Assembly: GCF_009914755.1 (NCBI RefSeq)
Contig: NC_060939.1
Reading direction: 5' to 3' (one strand)
DNA: 64,000 bases
From: the human T2T-CHM13v2.0 reference genome, Homo sapiens
Below the pieces are notes generated by a model. That model was given only the letters and a program-made list of their open reading frames with translations. It was not told the DNA's origin and ran no database searches. This document shows, piece by piece, positions 44,850 to 64,000 of this stretch. Numbering within the stretch: position 1 is the first letter of the stretch; every line of letters begins with the position of its first letter. Both the position numbers and the translations under genes were made by a program.

Positions 44850-45941
44850 CCGTCTCTACAAAAAAATTAAAAAATTAACCAGGCATGGTGGGGCAGGCCT
44901 GCAGTCCCACCTGCTCAGGAGGCTAAAATGGAAGGATCCCTTGAGACCGGTAGGTGGAGTCTGCAGTGAGTTATGACGGCGCCACTGCACTCTATCCTGG
45001 GTAACAGAGCGAGACCCCATCTTTAAAAAAATATTCACTAAGAGTATGAGTGCAAAGATAGGGAAGGAAGCAGAGTGGAGAAAAAAAATTCAGTACTATT
45101 TGTCACCATAAGAGATGGTATTAATGCCTTCAAAATTCCTGGAGTCTAGTTTAGAAGTGATATTTAAAGGTCAGCAGGAAACTTGGAAATAATTAGTGAT
45201 GATTCTATCCTGACATTGAGAACATGCTACAGAAAAACTCTTAATTTGTGGAAGTACTATAACATCTAATGAACTAACAACTAAATATCAGGCCTGGTGT
45301 ATCAAAATGAGGAATATAAAAAGACAGAAGAATTTCAGGAAAATAAAGTACAACGAGACACTTTATTAAGGGATGTGACAAAAACAAACCTTAACATGGT
45401 AACTTTTTTGTAGAAAGGTCATGAGCCCTTTGGAGTTCTGAATGGAAATGCCTAACAAAGTAAGAATTTCTTTTCTCTCTTTTTTTTTTTTTTTTTTGGA
45501 GACAGGGTCTCGCTCTGTCACCCAGGCTGAAGTGCAGTGGTGCAATCACAACTCACTGCAGGCCTCAACCTCTAGGGCTTAGGTGATCCTCCCACCTCAG
45601 CCTCCCGAGTAGCTGAGACTACAGGTCCATGCCACCACACCCGCTAATTTTTGTATTTTTTGTGGAGACAGGGTTTCACCACGTTGCCCAAGCTAGTCTC
45701 AAATTCCATAGCTCAAGTAATCCACCGGCCTCAGCATCCCAAATTGGTGGGATTACAGGCATAAGCCACCGTGCCCAGCCTGAGAATTTCTTACAACTGA
45801 TAAGTAGTGACTAATTTTCTTCCAGGCCCTTTTCTGGAAAAGAGTAGTTTCTAAGAGAATGATATGCCAGTTATTTCATATCTCAATTTTTCTCCCAAGT
45901 AATGCCATGCAATTCCATGCCTTGAAAGGAAAAACTGTTAC

Positions 45942-46051
45942 CTGAGCACCACTACAATCGGACTTTCACTTCCAGTTATTACCATTAACCCCTTCCAGAT
46001 CATTAGTGCCGATGAGACAATCATTCCAAAATTTAGGACTTGATAATAGAG
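45942..46051 (-). CDS. SEC11A: SEC11A exon 2 (110 nt), signal peptidase complex catalytic subunit
   Basis: ttgcag|CTCTAT...CTCAG|gtaaca; encodes [36 protein letters not shown]; exon 1 not found in the window. Confidence 0.97.
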
Positions 46052-46354
46052 CTGCAAGAACAAAACAGAAGAGATCAGATCCACCATTATCCCCACTTCG
46101 GAAAGCAACTGAAAGCAGTAACAATTTGAAAGTTTCAAGCAGTACTATTAGGACAACTACAGTTCTGAGACATTCTTTAATACATTATAATAATTATGCC
46201 ATCAGCAGATCAAAACAGGCCCCCCTTCTTTCACCCAAAGCACCCTGCTCCATTTTGTTTGGTAAAACATCAGTTACATTTATATAACACCATATTATTT
46301 TAAGAACATTTCACACAAGTTATTTCATTTGGGCTCCATAATCATTCAGCTTAA

Positions 46355-50050
<3,696 letters not shown>

Positions 50051-50159
50051 CAATTGTGATGAGGAATCCAGCTCTCTTGTACCATTTTCTATTTTCTCCC
50101 TACAATTAACCTGTTTTTCCTGCATACTTTTTAAAAACATTTCAAGTTTCATATTCTTC

Positions 50160-50193
50160 ACACTTGATCTTAGCCAAAAGGCCGAGAAGCGAT
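50160..50193 (-). pseudogene. 3'-truncated (tailless) U2 snRNA retrocopy
   Basis: Reverse complement ATCGCTTCTCGGCCTTTTGGCTAAGATCAAGTGT = U2 nt 1-34; 16-bp TSD CAAGTTTCATATTCTT at 50143-50158 and 50194-50209. Confidence 0.93.
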
Positions 50194-50959
50194 CAAGTTT
50201 CATATTCTTATAAATGCACAGTTAATCTCTGAAAAGACAGACAAGAAACTGGAGAAAAGGAACCAGGAGTCAAGGTGGAAGAAAAATATTTTCTGATATT
50301 CATACTTCATGTTTTTACAGTTTTTACTATATGCAAGTATCACCTGTTCAAAACTAAACTGTTTTGGTTTATTTTTTTAAGTCCATGCTAATGGCCAGAA
50401 CACTATTCTTCTAGCATTCCAATGAAGCACGGTGTACTCAATCAATGTAATTAATCAATTTCCACAAAAGGAAATATGAACATTTTCGCCGAGACAATTA
50501 GAAATATTTGCTGTTCTTTCAGTAATAGAGTGATGTGAGCACATGGATAATCTGAAACCTACTTTGACACTCACATTTACAGGTAAGGAAACTGAGGCAC
50601 AGAGAAGCTAAGCGACATGCTCATGGCTGCTTGTCTACTGGCTGGCAGAGTAGCACTATTAGAACTCTGGCCTCCTAAATTCTATGTTTTCAAGATGGTG
50701 GCTTTTTAAAAGACAAAATGGGTCTTCTTATTCTGAAGGCTGAATTGAAGACGTGGAGTGGGACATGATAGAAGTAGGAAAACTAGCTTCTAAGACACAA
50801 TTATGTCAACCAGAAGATAAACAGTGAGGAATTCAGTTAAGACTCAAATTTCCAACTTTCTGCACTAAAAATATCACCTACAGTACTGGTTAGGACAATA
50901 GATTCTGGGCCCTAATTCAGAACCTCTGAGGAAGGGGTTGTAGGATTCTACAATGTATA

Positions 50960-51260
50960 TAGCTCCATAATCCCTTACTCAAAACCCTTGGGGGTCAGAT
51001 GTGTTCCAGGATTCAGAATGGGTGTGATTTTGAAAAGGTAATACTTGCATGTACCCTATGTTACATATACTCTTAGCAGGGTTTATGGCAATATCCCAAT
51101 ATCAAACACATTAAGATTTTGGCAGCAAAACAAAAATTCACACTGAAGTAAATAAAAACTAAAAACAAAACAAAACAAAAACCCACAGTTCACGTCTATT
51201 TTGTTGGGGAAAAAAAATTTCCATTTTCAAAAGGGCTCGGTTATAGAGTTGCAGAAGTTA
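50960..51260. mobile_element. Tigger-family MITE remnant (MER46C-like)
   Basis: atcccttactcaaaacccttgggggtcagatgtgttccaggattcagaat resembles the MER46C terminus. Confidence 0.55.
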
Positions 51261-51295
51261 CCTAATTAGACATTTAATAAGATAACTGCTATTTA

Positions 51296-51418
<123 letters not shown>

Positions 51419-51520
51419 CTATCTCTAAAAAAAAAATAACAAAATTTAAAAATTAAGAAAAAAAAAAAGTGCCAGCCAAGGCAACATAGCAAGACCCTGT
51501 CTCTTAAAAAAAAAAAATTA

Positions 51521-51718
<198 letters not shown>

Positions 51719-53189
51719 CTATGTTCTTGCAAGAAAGGTCACTATCCCAGCCATAATTATCCTTCTCCTTTTTCTCAGACATATAATACTTTTATTATGG
51801 AATTATTATTGTGAAATGTAGCTAATCATCAAGATCATCTTCCTCATTTTTATTAGAGAAAGAGGTTAAAGTTCCTGATTATGTATAACTGGTATGTTCC
51901 TTAAAAGGTACCTATTTGTATACTGCTAAGTCAATCTGCAAGCCAAAACCTAGACAGAAGCACACTATTTGCTAAAACAAACATTGTATCTGAGCAAAAG
52001 ATTGAAAAGTGTCATACTCTTCTCCCTTTCTTTTTACCCTCTCTTTTCCTGCCAACAGTCTTTACTCAAACGTCAAACATATTGCCTCCCTAGCCCCTAC
52101 TTTCTTTATCACTATGTCTGAATGCTTAGGAATGTATATAATTGGAAAAAAAGTGTTGCCTCTTTCTGTATTGGCAGAAATAAGGTGGCAGCTACCTAAC
52201 CTCATATCTGACCACATCAAGCTAACTATTAATAAAGACATTGCAACATATGTAGAATAATAACCACAGAATTGAATAGCCTTATTATTTTTTCTAAGAA
52301 ATGACCAGAACAATATTTCTTCAATGCTCAAGGTGAAACTAGAAAAGAATGATATCAAAGTTCTATATAATATCTCTCAGCAGCTGTGATATAGGGATTT
52401 GTGTTTACTATTCTTTTTTTTCTTTTTAGGAAGTATTGTGTAGAGCCTTCCCCCAAACTCCTGTGACTAGAATAAGCCACAAGACAATTTATAATCCACT
52501 CTAAGTAATATATAATAAGAAATTAAGAAAAACCTAACACAGAAAATTCAGCAAGATAAAAGTTGATAATAATTTTAAATACTATAATTTAATGGGCTAC
52601 CATCTAGAAGCTACATCCTGTGTATTTACTGATCACAATGATCAAATACACCATTGTGCTTCCTATTCTTGTAAGAGATATTTGAAGTTCAACATATAAG
52701 ATATGTTCATAGAAATCAGAAGCAAAAATGTGTCTTAGAGCTACAAAATAGCAGTTGGCCTAAGTCTTAAATTCCATTTATCTTAAGACCTCAAATTAAG
52801 GGACTCATTAATCCATAATCACAATTCTCCTGCTTTCTAACTCATGAAAGGAGAAATCAGAAGCTAGATATTACAGAAGGTATACTGATAGCAGCTAGAA
52901 GTGAAATTGACGGTGCTGAAAAAATTGAAATATCTTCAAATGGACACTATTATTGTGACCCAATAAAATCAATGCAGGACCTGGAATGAATCTTAAATGA
53001 TAATTTTTTAAATTCCTAATAGTCTAAATAAGCATACCATCATTAAAACAATTTTCACTTTAAAAATCTGTTAAATCTTTTAAAATCTGACAAGTGAAAA
53101 CACATTTAACATATACAAACACATGTACAGCAGCTTCCCTCATAATAGCCTCAAACCGGAAATAACTCAAATGCCCATCAACAGATGAA

Positions 53190-53340
53190 TTCAGGCTCAC
53201 TGGAACATTTTGGATTTTGGATATTTCAGATTTGGGATGTTCAACCGGTAAAATGCAAATAGAAGTATTCCAAAATAAAAAAAAAGTCCAAAATACTTCT
53301 GGCCCCAAGCATTTCAGATAACAGATACTCAACCCGTACA
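53190..53340. mobile_element. Tigger4/MER46-like fragment inside an L1 3' remnant
   Basis: aatacttctggccccaagcatttcagataacagatactcaacccgta terminal repeat ending in TA. Confidence 0.7.
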
Positions 53341-53398
53341 TAAATCGTAGTATTTCCACAAAATGGAATACTACTCAGGAATACAAAGGAATTAACTA

Positions 53399-57310
<3,912 letters not shown>

Positions 57311-57319
57311 TTTAGTAAG

Positions 57320-61971
<4,652 letters not shown>

Positions 61972-62288
61972 CCATGTTTTTTGGACAAAATTTTCCAGTT
62001 AAGGAGTAGACACCTTAAGTGTTTGGATTCTACAGCTCACTTTCTTCCTTGAGCAGAAAAGATAACCCTTCTGAAGAAGAGTTAAAACCACAGTTTCTCC
62101 TAAGGGGAGCTCATCTTTACTGTTATAGGCTTGTGCCATCTGGCTGTGGAAAAGAATAATCATCCTTGTCTTTACGTCATTTGTGGAGAGAATGTTATAA
62201 AAAAAATAACAGATGTAAAATATCAAGGAATGGTAGCAAGAAAATATCTTTGTTACTATGGTACTATATTCTGGATTTTGCTCAGTTA

Positions 62289-64000
<1,712 letters not shown>

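Noticed and set aside
50160-50193. Functional U2 snRNA gene
   Set aside because: Only the first 34 nt; no Sm site or recognisable snRNA promoter; flanked by TSDs.

Overview
Human (primate) genomic DNA that I recognise from the encoded proteins as the chr15q25 WDR73-NMB-SEC11A locus. All three genes are on the minus strand. WDR73 exons 1-7 lie at 1-8687 (exon 7 runs off the left edge) with a CpG-island promoter. The 3-exon neuromedin B gene NMB is complete (~9545-12610). SEC11A exons 2-6 lie at 24420-46051, and exon 1 is beyond the right edge. The rest is very repeat-rich: dozens of Alus, a 3'-truncated SVA, two THE1 solo LTRs, a decayed ERV-L 3' half with nested LTR and Alus, old L1/L2/MIR pieces, hAT/Tigger MITEs and a tailless U2 retrocopy. 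I found no convincing new gene or biological system. The most unusual signals are DNA-repair and retrotransposition scars: a ~53-bp patchwork of inverted templated copies at 20288-20340 (including a perfect 31-bp inverted copy of sequence 2 kb away), an Alu-L1 spacer-Alu unit copied 5.5 kb into another Alu, and a prematurely polyadenylated SVA. Exon coordinates were read by hand from splice signals. Repeat boundaries and subfamily calls are approximate and from recalled consensus sequences.
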